From an uncultured Chryseobacterium sp. (GTDB lineage Bacteria > Bacteroidota > Bacteroidia > UBA10329), in assembly GCA_964500205.1 (NCBI GenBank), contig CAZCNS010000003.1, positions 62,606 to 126,605 of the forward strand: a DNA stretch of 64,000 bases, given 5' to 3'. Both the position numbers and the translations under genes were made by a program. Below are positions 56,201 to 64,000 of the stretch, in pieces. The notes beneath the pieces were generated by a model. It was not told where the DNA came from, did no database searches, and saw only the letters and a program-made list of their open reading frames with translations. Each line of letters opens with the position of its first letter. Positions within the stretch are counted from its first letter, which is position 1.

Positions 56201-58098
56201 GACGTGGCGTAGGTGTAGGTTGGCGATACGGCAGTGCTGACCGGGCTTCCATCACCGAAATTCCATGTGTAATTCACGGTTCCTGTATAGCCCGGGTCGA
56301 TGATGCTCTCGTTCACGAATGCACTCTCCAGACCAAGGCAAACCGGTGCCACCGAGAAGTCGGCTGTGGGGCCGGGGGTTACGGTAACGGTCTGCGTGAT
56401 GGCATCAACGCATCCCTCACCCGAAACGACCGTCAGCGTCACATCATAATCGCCACCCACCGGGTACTGATAGATGGGGTTCACTTGGGTCACAGGACCG
56501 CTTCCGTCCCCAAAGTCGTAGCTGTGGCTGATGATGTTGTAACCGGTCAGGATGGTCGATGTGCTGTTGAAGAACATCGCTTCTGCCACGCAAGCGGGGG
56601 TAAATGTGAACCCTGCAACCGGACGGGCATTCACAGTCACAGTGAAACTGCAAGTGGCGGTATTGCCTCCGTCATCGGTGATCAGGTAGGCGATGGTTGT
56701 GGTGCCCACTGGGAAAACATCACCAGAAACGAGGCCGCTGCCATCGGTGCGAGTTATCACGAAGTTGCAATTGTCGCTTCCAACGGGAGCAGGAAAGGCC
56801 ACCTGAGCACCGCTGTTGTCCGTGGCACACACTGTGATGTCTGCTGGGCACGTAATCTGCGGGTCGATGTCATCTACCACAGTTACAATGGCCGTGCAGG
56901 TCGAAGTGTTGCCGTTGACGTCCTCGACAGTGAGGGTGACAGTGTTGTCTCCGATGTTTGAACAGTCGAAATCCTCCTGACTGACACTGATACCTGCTAT
57001 GCCGCAAGCATCGTTGGAACCATTGTTCACCATTGCGGCAGTGATGCTGCCCTGACCAAGCGCATTGAGCACCACGGTCACGTCCTGACACAAAGCAACC
57101 GGATTCACATCATCTGCCACATCAACCTGCACATTGCACGTGGCAGTGTTCAGAGCAACGTCCGTTATTGTGAGCGTAACGGTCTGCGCTGCACCGATGT
57201 CAGAGCAATCAAAAGCGGTCTTGGACAAGGCAAGGGAGAAGCCGCAGTTGTCCGCGCTTCCCGCATCCACCTCGGCAATGGTAAGCGTTCCATCCCCGGC
57301 CGCATCCAGAAAAACGGTCAATGGTCCAGCTACGCATGAGGCAGTGGGGTCAATGTTGTCCTCCACCGAGATCTCGGAGACGCAGATCTCCGTATTCCCC
57401 AATCGGTCTGTCAATGTGAGCGTGACGTCCACCGTACCAAGGTCATCGCAATCAAAAGCATTCTCGGAAAGCGTGAATCCCACAACACCGCTCGGTGCGG
57501 TGCTTCCATTGTCGATGGATGGCCGTTGGAGCATCCGAGTACTGAAGATGAGGTCAACGTTCTGCCCTGCAAAATTCACGTTGCTTCCTTCGCTCCTTCC
57601 TCCGGGATAGGGGTTCGCCTGTATGCCGCGCGGGGTGAAGGTTCCGGTCACCACCGAGATCTCGAAGGTGTATAGTTGCGATGCGGTAACGTCAACCGTG
57701 GCAAGGATCTCAAATGTGTTCGTGCCGTTGAAAAGTGCCGCCACCGGCTGGCTGTGAAGTAGTGCGCCCCCTGTTCCTTCACCCTCGAAAACCCGCAGTT
57801 GGATGCCGGTCGGGGAGGAGGGAGCGTTCATATCCACAGTTATGCGCTCAAGGATACCCGACACGTTGGGAGTGAACGACTGCCAGACCAAATTGGTATT
57901 GTAGGCGGCATTGGATGTCCCTGGAACAAGGACATCGGTTTGCGGGCTGAAAACCAAGGCGTCCGGCAGCGAGGCATTGCCATTGGCATCAAGTTGCACA
58001 GTAGCATTCTGACACTGAGCTACCTGAGCCCGTGAATCGGTGAACGATGCTGCCAGTATGAGACTTGGAATCAGCGTTCTGAGTAGAGTTCTTTTCAT
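53257..58098 (-). CDS. Giant (1613 aa) secreted adhesin-like protein with HYR/PKD modules, SprB repeats and a T9SS type-A sorting domain
   Basis: SprB-type repeats (…CNGNSTGALEIAANGGTAPYTYSLSGGAFQSSGLFTGLEAGDYFVEAVDANGC…). C-terminal …PYPNPASDLLHVV…GMYILTLHS…. Confidence 0.85.
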   Translation of the reverse strand: MKRTLLRTLIPSLILAASFTDSRAQVAQCQNATVQLDANGNASLPDALVFSPQTDVLVPGTSNAAYNTNLVWQSFTPNVSGILERITVDMNAPSSPTGIQLRVFEGEGTGGALLHSQPVAALFNGTNTFEILATVDVTASQLYTFEISVVTGTFTPRGIQANPYPGGRSEGSNVNFAGQNVDLIFSTRMLQRPSIDNGSTAPSGVVGFTLSENAFDCDDLGTVDVTLTLTDRLGNTEICVSEISVEDNIDPTASCVAGPLTVFLDAAGDGTLTIAEVDAGSADNCGFSLALSKTAFDCSDIGAAQTVTLTITDVALNTATCNVQVDVADDVNPVALCQDVTVVLNALGQGSITAAMVNNGSNDACGIAGISVSQEDFDCSNIGDNTVTLTVEDVNGNTSTCTAIVTVVDDIDPQITCPADITVCATDNSGAQVAFPAPVGSDNCNFVITRTDGSGLVSGDVFPVGTTTIAYLITDDGGNTATCSFTVTVNARPVAGFTFTPACVAEAMFFNSTSTILTGYNIISHSYDFGDGSGPVTQVNPIYQYPVGGDYDVTLTVVSGEGCVDAITQTVTVTPGPTADFSVAPVCLGLESAFVNESIIDPGYTGTVNYTWNFGDGSPVSTAVSPTYTYATSGIFTVTLTATTDNGCTNTIQKTATVSALPQAQFSSSSVCEGNATQFNDLSFGTGLSYAWSFGDGETSTDQNPSYTYAASGTYTTTLTVTAPGGCQSSVSNAVNVIGLPTVAFDFDDACAGASIAFTNGSSAGSYSWDFGDNNSSVLANPTKTYAAEGFYTVTLTVTSPQSCVASLSQQVEVYRNPQFTLEPTAALCFGGTTGSIFVQPIPPVADFWDVSINGGAAVTNQFLFNGIASGSYTVDVVDEFGCEGTGTVTVSQPSAPVSVEEPTFTNLTCNGNSTGALEIAANGGTAPYTYSLSGGAFQSSGLFTGLEAGDYFVEAVDANGCSESTQFYTIEEPAVLTLQLAASSNLLCNGDNSGSVNVIAAGGTQPYLYNIEGGFFGESNTFTGLSAGQKTIVVRDANGCETPLNVTITQPGVLQVSVVGSTNALCNSQPNGTVQVAAASGTGPYQYSLDGSAFQGSGQFNGLVAGSYTLTARDANNCLASVSVNVTQPTQVAISTTTAPVLCFGQSTGTATITASGGTTPYTYSFNGGNSFTTQASVTSLAAGTYTLIVRDANGCEVSESATVSQPQAAISLSGSSSPVLCTGDATGSVTLSADGGTPTYAYSANGVVFQGSPTFSGLAAGTYNYFVQDINGCQAQTTVEVTAPAAPVTISQTLVSDPTCGLSTNGSVTIVANGGTPGDGYQYSVDGINFQTPSIIIGLGVGEVTVTVRDANGCVASETLLLTAPPALELTVNNIVGVECSGTFTGQIEASGDGGVGGFTFSLSGGLPQSLGTFSELTNGTYILEMADANGCTVSTEVTLPFLYPIPEPEFNWVLSGEAVFFNNTSQFADSYLWTFGDGISSTEFSPVHFYAVPGFYTATLAATNDCGTRTRTRTVNTLTIGMDDPEGTMPSPYPNPASDLLHVVPGSGFSGEGMLEIHSIAGQRVMSVAVSTVKAQGRIVLDVSALGQGMYILTLHSASERSLARFTIVR

Positions 58099-58210
58099 GG
58101 TCTGATGTTCAAAGGCGAGTGTCCTGAAAACGGCTGCAAAGTAGCAAAATGCAGGGCGAACCTCGGGTAGTGACCGATAAAGCTAAAAGTGTTGTCGATG
58201 AACGGCAATC

Positions 58211-58753
58211 CTACCACTCGCAGCCTGTCATCACGGTGTAGCCTAACAGCCCGCTTCCGAACTGGTAGGTTACCGAGTCGCCCATGGGAAATCGGTCCAC
58301 AGGAAAACGCCTGATGCGGTAGAATTCATCGTAGGCACCATTTTCCAGAAAAATGACGGCCCATGCATTGTCCGCCTGCACACTGACCACGTGGTGCCTT
58401 TCAATATAGGGTTCGTGAAAACTTCTGTTCACCGTGAGCAGGGTCGCCATGAACAAAGGTGTCAATCCGAAGATGCTGATGATGAGTCCGTCAGTGAAGT
58501 CAAGATGAAGTTTGTCCTTGCTCAAGTGCAGCGCCACGAACGATGCTGCCCAGAAAAAAAGCATCCATCGACTGGCGGTCATCAGGCTCATGAGCGTGAC
58601 CTCCAGTTGAATGTAGATGACACCAACATTGATGAATACAAGCGGGATCACCAGCCAAAGTAACCACTCGGGTAGCCCTGTTAAATTGGGTGCTTGAGGA
58701 ATAACCGAAGCACTCTCAGACGACCATTTTCGGAGCGAAGGAAGCAATTTCAC
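58211..58753 (-). CDS. Hypothetical integral membrane protein (180 aa)
   Basis: Three or four hydrophobic helices (LLWLVIPLVFINVGVIYI, WMLFFWAASFVAL, LIISIFGLTPLFMATLL). No motif recognised. Confidence 0.5.
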   Translation of the reverse strand: MKLLPSLRKWSSESASVIPQAPNLTGLPEWLLWLVIPLVFINVGVIYIQLEVTLMSLMTASRWMLFFWAASFVALHLSKDKLHLDFTDGLIISIFGLTPLFMATLLTVNRSFHEPYIERHHVVSVQADNAWAVIFLENGAYDEFYRIRRFPVDRFPMGDSVTYQFGSGLLGYTVMTGCEW

Positions 58754-59028
58754 AAATGCTTGTCTTTAGTCTGGAATTACTTTGGGATTGAAGGTTTTTT
58801 ACTGCTCAAATTATTGTTAATAAATTAATTAATCCGCAATTCATTGGTTTGGGAGTGTAATTATTGAATTGAATTAGGAAAAGCGTCTATAAATGGTTGT
58901 AAAAAATTATTTATCAGCGATTTAATTGTATGGTATCATGCTTAGGAACGTAATTTATCCCGATATGATTGTAACGTATCCACGACAAGGCGCATCTTCC
59001 TTTGTGTCGCTCACAAATGTCGGGACTC

Positions 59029-62000
59029 ATGCGTATACTGCTTTCACTGCTTGTTTTTCTCGGAATGATGTCATCTGCGACCGCCCAGCAGCGGTGGCTC
59101 AACCGTGGCGGTGGCACGGGAAATGACGAGGTGCATGACATGGTGCGCGATGACGAGGGCAACTTCTATGTCACGGGGTACTTCTCCTTCGGGGGGCAGT
59201 TCGGGTCGCAGTCACTCGCAGCAGCGGGCAGCACCGATGTGCTGGTGGCGAAGGTCAACGGCAGCACGGGGCAGTTCATCTGGGCCAAGGCGTTCGGAGG
59301 CGCGGGCGCGGACGCGGGCATCTCCATCGCTACGCTGCAGGGTGGAGGAATAGCGGTCACGGGCTTCTTCGAGGGGCAGGCATCCTTCGGCACACAGGAG
59401 GTGAGCGCGGTGGCGGGTTCGCAGGACATTTTCGTGCTGCGGCTGGACAATGACGGCAACGTGCTCTGGGTGCGCACTGGCGGTGGCCCCGACTCGGACA
59501 TCCCCTACGGCATCGCGGCCGACAATGACGGCAACATCTTGACAACAGGCTCCTTCAAGGGCGCGGCCAACTTCAGCGGGCAGGCCATGACCAGCGTCAT
59601 CGACCCCATTCTCGAAGAGCCGTCCTATGACATCTACATATTGAAATACGGTGCGCAGGGGGCTTTTCAATGGGGGTTGCAAGGTGCTGCGGAGTACGAG
59701 GACCGTGGCATGGCCATCGCTACGGGGCTGGACGGCAGCATTTTCGTGGCGGGGCAGTTCTCAGACACCATCACCTTCAATCAGACCTACAACAACGGCA
59801 TGTACAATGCGGGCTTCCTGATGCGCCTCGCGCCAGATGGCACCGAACAGTGGCTTACACGCTTCGGTGCTACTATGTGTCTGCCAAGATCCATGAAGGT
59901 GGATAACGCAGGCAGGATTTATCTGACCGGTGATTTCCTCGGCAACATGGCCGTGTTCGGCTCGCAGACCGTCACAGCCACCAACCCGTACACGAGAAAG
60001 GTGTTCCTCGCCCGCTTCGATGGGGACGGTGACGCGGACTGGATCAGCACCCTCGGTTCGGACAATCAGCTCACATCGCAGAAGGTAGCACTGGACACTG
60101 ACGGTGCGCCCTACATCGCGGGCGACTTCAAGTGCTCGTTCTCTGAGTTGACGGATGTGCACGCCCCCGGGGTTTTCCAGAGCGTGGGGTTCAGGGATGT
60201 GTTCACCGCCAAGTTCAGCGTGGACGGAGAGCGGCTGCGGGAGCATCACATGGGCGGCCCGCGTGACGACCGTGCTGGCGGACTTGCCCTGCGCGGGGTG
60301 GACAGGCCAGTGGTGGCGGGAGGTTTTCAGGCCACTTTCAATGTACCGAATGTCGCTTCCTCCTTCCTTATAGTGGATGAACAGAATGAGGAGTTCGGCC
60401 ATGTGAACCCGGCAACGCTCGATTATTGCGGTGATGGCAATTATGGCAGCTTCGTCAGCGTGGTGTCGGCAGGTCAGCGTGACGTTTTCATCACCGATGG
60501 ATATGATGCCTCGCGCCAACCTTACGACTATTTCAGACGGACGGGGGATGTCTGTGACCGCGACTATCTGAGTCCCCTCATTAACAATGGAGCGACCACC
60601 GCTGCGGGCTGCGACTCGGTCTGGATTCAAATCGGAACGCGTACCGACCAGGCCTCACGCATCGGGCCGCTGCACCATTTCAATTGGTCGAACGGGCTCA
60701 ACGGGCCAGAGGAGACCTCTTTCTGGGTGACGACATCGCAACTGCTCACCGTGGAGACCACAAGGTTGGACGGCTGCCGCATTTTCCACGACACCATTGA
60801 CGTGACCGTTTACCTGTCCGCCACAGCACCACTTGTGAGCGATAATGCAGGTTTTAACGAGGCAACACCCCCCAATGCCTCGCCCATCTTCGTCTGCCAT
60901 CCCGATTCGGTGATGTTGTGGGGCGTGGACATGCAGCCCAACCACACCTACTACTGGACAACCCCGTCCGGTCAGGTCAATACAGACACACTCACTCTGA
61001 CGGAGACGGCCACGGTACACCGCGTGGCACTGTCGGACGGGGGATGCTCCAGCTCGAACGAGGTGGTGGTGATGATCGATGATTTCGCGAATGAGGAGCC
61101 CATCGACCCGCACATGCTCATCTACGACCAGTTCGGTGAACTTTTCTGGGACGACACGATGCACGTCTGCCGCTTGGACGAGATCTCAGTCCGGGTTTTC
61201 GACAGTCTGGAGGTATCCGGTAATGGATTCATACTGCCGTACATGGATTATGCGTGGCAGGTGACGCCCACTGGGGTGTTGAACCTTATCGCCATGTCCT
61301 CCTCGCAGAATTATCGCTGGTACAGCGTTGAGCAGTCGGGCTGGGTCACCATTTCGGTCACCGTCACCGACCATTGCAACGAGGAATATCCATCCTATCA
61401 GTTGTCGAGGACATTCTACCTCAACATGGCCGACTGGTCTAACAACCCACAGGTCAGCGGCCCGAGTGACATTTGCCCTGGTGACACGGTGACCCTCACT
61501 GCAAGCGGAGGGCAGACTTACGCTTGGAGCGGGCCAGGAGTGGTTGCACCGAACACAGGGAGTTCTGTGAGCGTGGTTACTGGTGGGGACTATCAGTTGC
61601 ATTCTACCGTGGAGACGGAGGAAGGCTGTGTGAATCAGACCACTGTCACGTTCAACCTGCCCATCCGTTCCGCCCCGCAGATCACTATGGATCCGTTCAA
61701 CGGCATCATCTGCCCCTACGATTCCGTGCTAATGACCATGCCAGCGGGCAGTGACTTCCAGTGGATCGGGCCTGACGGAGGGGTCATCGGCACCTCGCAG
61801 TCGGTGCATGGACAGGTGGCGGGGCCGTACTACGGGCTGATGACCGACCCCACGGGTTGCGCGCTGGTGAGCGACATCGTGGAACTGGCCGAATACACCT
61901 CGCCCTATATCGTGGCCGAACCATCGCTGCAACTCTGCGAGGGGCAGACCATCACGTTGGAGGTCTTTGCTAATGACGGATCTATCCTCAACTGGTCGTC

Positions 62001-64000
62001 ACCGCTCACGGGCGGGGGCTTCTTCCAGACCGTGAGCGACACGGGCACTTACACCGTGTCGGCCACGCTGTGCGGGATCACCGAGACGGTCAGCGTCACC
62101 ATCTCTGAGTTCAACCTGCCCATTGAGGCCATTATTGTAGGTGCCGATTCCGTCTGCCACGGGGAGACGGTGCTGCTCGCGGCCTCGCCCGCCTATCCGT
62201 TCATGGAATGGTCGGACGGCACCCAGTCGCAGTACCAGGAGGTGACCGAGGGCGGATCCTATTCCGTTTCGATAATGGATGACAGCGGCTGCGAGGCGGT
62301 GTCGAACGTGGTGGTGCCGTACTTCCGCCCCCCGCTGCCCGTGCCCGCGGGTCTTGACACTACGCTGTGCCATGGCGACACGCTCTTCCTCCTGACCCAG
62401 ACCGATTCGGAGCTAAATCTGCTGTGGTCGCTCACCTCGGTGATGCCGCAGTGGATGCCTGCGCCCGACACGCTGGTCATCGGCCCTGTGACGGGACAGA
62501 CGGGCGGTGCCGTGGCCTTCACCGACAGCATCTGCGTCAGCGGGATGACCACTGTGAATGTCGCGCCAGTGGCGGCATCGGGGCCACCTCCGTTCGATGG
62601 TGCGACCTCGCTCTGCATCGGTGACACGCTCCAACTCGAAGTGCCTGATGCCGGGGATGCCATCATCGCGTGGACGCTGCCGAGCGGTGACGTGGTGCAG
62701 GGCGCATCTCTCCTTGTCCCGCAGCCCGACACGGGCAGTTACACCATCAGCATCGACCCGCTGGTGTGCCCTGTCCGCGACAGCATTTTCCCCGTGAACA
62801 TCCATCTGCCCATACCATTAAACATTCAGGCGGATGCGCTTCACTACTGCATCACCGACTCCCTGCTGCTCTCGGTGGCGGATGTGTCCGATGCGGTCTG
62901 GCATCCGATGTTGTCGGAAGGGAACGCGCTTTACGTGCAGGAGGAAGGGCTGCTGGAATTCTCCGTCACGGCCATCGACACGAACGGATGCAGCGTCACA
63001 TCCGACACCGTGGCCGTCACGGGCCATGCACCGCCATCGGCACCGCAGGTCTCCGACACCACTGTTTGCCAGTGGCAGGAGGTCGTGATCCCGTTCGGGA
63101 ATTCGGGAGTGTCGCATTCGTGGAGTTTCTTGGGTGACAGCCTTGTCACGGAGTCGGACACGCTTTTCATCGCGGCCATTGACACGGGGGGCATGGTTAT
63201 CGTCACCCCGTTCGACAGCCTCTGCACCGGGCTTCCCGAAACGTTCCTCATCACGGTGATTCCTTTCCCCGCGCTGGGCGGTATCAGCGATACGCTCACC
63301 GTCTGCCATCATGGGCCGCTGGCTGTCGGGGTCGCAGGTGTGGAGGGCGCGACCGTGGAATGGACGCTGCCCGATGGCTCGCCCGTGGCCTCTGATTCCC
63401 TGCTGATAGACATCCCGCAGGAGGGCATCCACATCCTTTCCGCAGCGAATGGCGCGTGCAGCGTCACGGACACGTTCATGGTGGCGGTGGTGGCGCAACT
63501 GCCCGTGGAGGTGACCTCCGAAGTGCCGCTTTTCCTCTGTCCGAATGCCACGCTGGAGGTCTCCGGACCTGAAGGGTTTGCGGGGTACGTTTGGCTGCCC
63601 GACAGCGCATCGGGGATGGGATTCACCGTGGAGGACGCGGGGCAGTTCGTGCTCCACGCGCTCGACTCGCTGGGCTGCACCCATCCGTCAGACACCTTCA
63701 CGGTGGAGGCGATGCCCGCACCATTCCCGCCCGACCTGCCAATGGACACGCTCGTCTGCGAGGGTGCGGGGCTGGTGCTTTCCACGGACAGCCCCGCGCT
63801 GATGCACCACTGGGTTGTTGATGATTCCCCTTCGGGAAATGGCAACGTGCTCACTTTGAATACCATTCAGCATGAAATGACCGTCACCCTCAGTGTGAGC
63901 GACACGCTGACGGGCTGCATGTCGGACACCTTGACGGTACAGGTCGGGGTCATCGCGCTCCCCGATGTTTCCACGCAGGTCACCACGCCCCTGTGCGAGG
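59029..64000 (+). CDS. 5'-partial giant secreted repeat protein (more than 1650 aa in the window; SBBP-like beta-propeller N-terminus plus many Cys-containing roughly 80-aa repeats). Not in the ORF track because no stop lies in the window
   Basis: ATG at 59029 gives MRILLSLLVFLGMMSSATAQQ (signal peptide), then …GNFYVTGYFSFGGQFGS… and …DGNILTTGSFKGAANFSG… (SBBP-type repeats). Frame 1 stays open through 64000 with repeat-like …C..D…T…V.V… periodicity. All other-frame ORFs in this span are short. Confidence 0.75.
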   Translation, partial: MRILLSLLVFLGMMSSATAQQRWLNRGGGTGNDEVHDMVRDDEGNFYVTGYFSFGGQFGSQSLAAAGSTDVLVAKVNGSTGQFIWAKAFGGAGADAGISIATLQGGGIAVTGFFEGQASFGTQEVSAVAGSQDIFVLRLDNDGNVLWVRTGGGPDSDIPYGIAADNDGNILTTGSFKGAANFSGQAMTSVIDPILEEPSYDIYILKYGAQGAFQWGLQGAAEYEDRGMAIATGLDGSIFVAGQFSDTITFNQTYNNGMYNAGFLMRLAPDGTEQWLTRFGATMCLPRSMKVDNAGRIYLTGDFLGNMAVFGSQTVTATNPYTRKVFLARFDGDGDADWISTLGSDNQLTSQKVALDTDGAPYIAGDFKCSFSELTDVHAPGVFQSVGFRDVFTAKFSVDGERLREHHMGGPRDDRAGGLALRGVDRPVVAGGFQATFNVPNVASSFLIVDEQNEEFGHVNPATLDYCGDGNYGSFVSVVSAGQRDVFITDGYDASRQPYDYFRRTGDVCDRDYLSPLINNGATTAAGCDSVWIQIGTRTDQASRIGPLHHFNWSNGLNGPEETSFWVTTSQLLTVETTRLDGCRIFHDTIDVTVYLSATAPLVSDNAGFNEATPPNASPIFVCHPDSVMLWGVDMQPNHTYYWTTPSGQVNTDTLTLTETATVHRVALSDGGCSSSNEVVVMIDDFANEEPIDPHMLIYDQFGELFWDDTMHVCRLDEISVRVFDSLEVSGNGFILPYMDYAWQVTPTGVLNLIAMSSSQNYRWYSVEQSGWVTISVTVTDHCNEEYPSYQLSRTFYLNMADWSNNPQVSGPSDICPGDTVTLTASGGQTYAWSGPGVVAPNTGSSVSVVTGGDYQLHSTVETEEGCVNQTTVTFNLPIRSAPQITMDPFNGIICPYDSVLMTMPAGSDFQWIGPDGGVIGTSQSVHGQVAGPYYGLMTDPTGCALVSDIVELAEYTSPYIVAEPSLQLCEGQTITLEVFANDGSILNWSSPLTGGGFFQTVSDTGTYTVSATLCGITETVSVTISEFNLPIEAIIVGADSVCHGETVLLAASPAYPFMEWSDGTQSQYQEVTEGGSYSVSIMDDSGCEAVSNVVVPYFRPPLPVPAGLDTTLCHGDTLFLLTQTDSELNLLWSLTSVMPQWMPAPDTLVIGPVTGQTGGAVAFTDSICVSGMTTVNVAPVAASGPPPFDGATSLCIGDTLQLEVPDAGDAIIAWTLPSGDVVQGASLLVPQPDTGSYTISIDPLVCPVRDSIFPVNIHLPIPLNIQADALHYCITDSLLLSVADVSDAVWHPMLSEGNALYVQEEGLLEFSVTAIDTNGCSVTSDTVAVTGHAPPSAPQVSDTTVCQWQEVVIPFGNSGVSHSWSFLGDSLVTESDTLFIAAIDTGGMVIVTPFDSLCTGLPETFLITVIPFPALGGISDTLTVCHHGPLAVGVAGVEGATVEWTLPDGSPVASDSLLIDIPQEGIHILSAANGACSVTDTFMVAVVAQLPVEVTSEVPLFLCPNATLEVSGPEGFAGYVWLPDSASGMGFTVEDAGQFVLHALDSLGCTHPSDTFTVEAMPAPFPPDLPMDTLVCEGAGLVLSTDSPALMHHWVVDDSPSGNGNVLTLNTIQHEMTVTLSVSDTLTGCMSDTLTVQVGVIALPDVSTQVTTPLCE

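Overview
This window is a GC-rich chromosomal segment with the gene content of a Bacteroidota organism that has a type IX secretion system (T9SS), i.e. T9SS type-A and type-B C-terminal sorting domains, SprB/PKD/SBBP repeat giants and a PorP/SprF gene. Reading left to right: a partial gene end (1-214); a minus-strand RND efflux operon in the order tetR-like regulator, TolC-family outer-membrane factor, periplasmic adaptor, RND permease (699-7657); a DEAD-box helicase; two secreted alpha/beta hydrolases; and an M28 peptidase. Next comes a sharply AT-rich island of small hypothetical genes (about 13.7-16.3 kb) lying beside a 1186-aa YadA-like (Hep_Hag) repeat, tail-fibre-like secreted protein. 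After that is a Type I R-M locus with hsdM and hsdS, an inserted KAP P-loop NTPase, an hsdR 5' remnant, an inserted four-helix-bundle gene, and full-length hsdR (21.6-29.6 kb). That locus is riddled with about 100-bp inverted-repeat MITE-like elements and with duplicated gene-end fragments. A housekeeping block follows (aroE, a DUF368 protein, a ComA-rhodanese fusion, a TPR protein, glmM, a cysteine desulfurase, an RlmI-like methyltransferase). The last 20 kb is a T9SS cargo cluster of five giant secreted repeat proteins plus a PorP/SprF-SPOR membrane protein (40.4-64 kb). A dispersed composite repeat family, made of a GC-rich hairpin core (GCGAAATCCCGCGACTGCGGGA) plus short tandem 7-14-mers, occurs at three or more intergenic loci. 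The most promising candidates for undescribed biology are the cargo inserted into the Type I R-M operon (a KAP NTPase sitting where prrC sits in the prr locus, and the MITE-like/duplication architecture) and the AT-rich island's two-gene module. All calls rest on reading the sequence and the supplied translations; no database search was possible.
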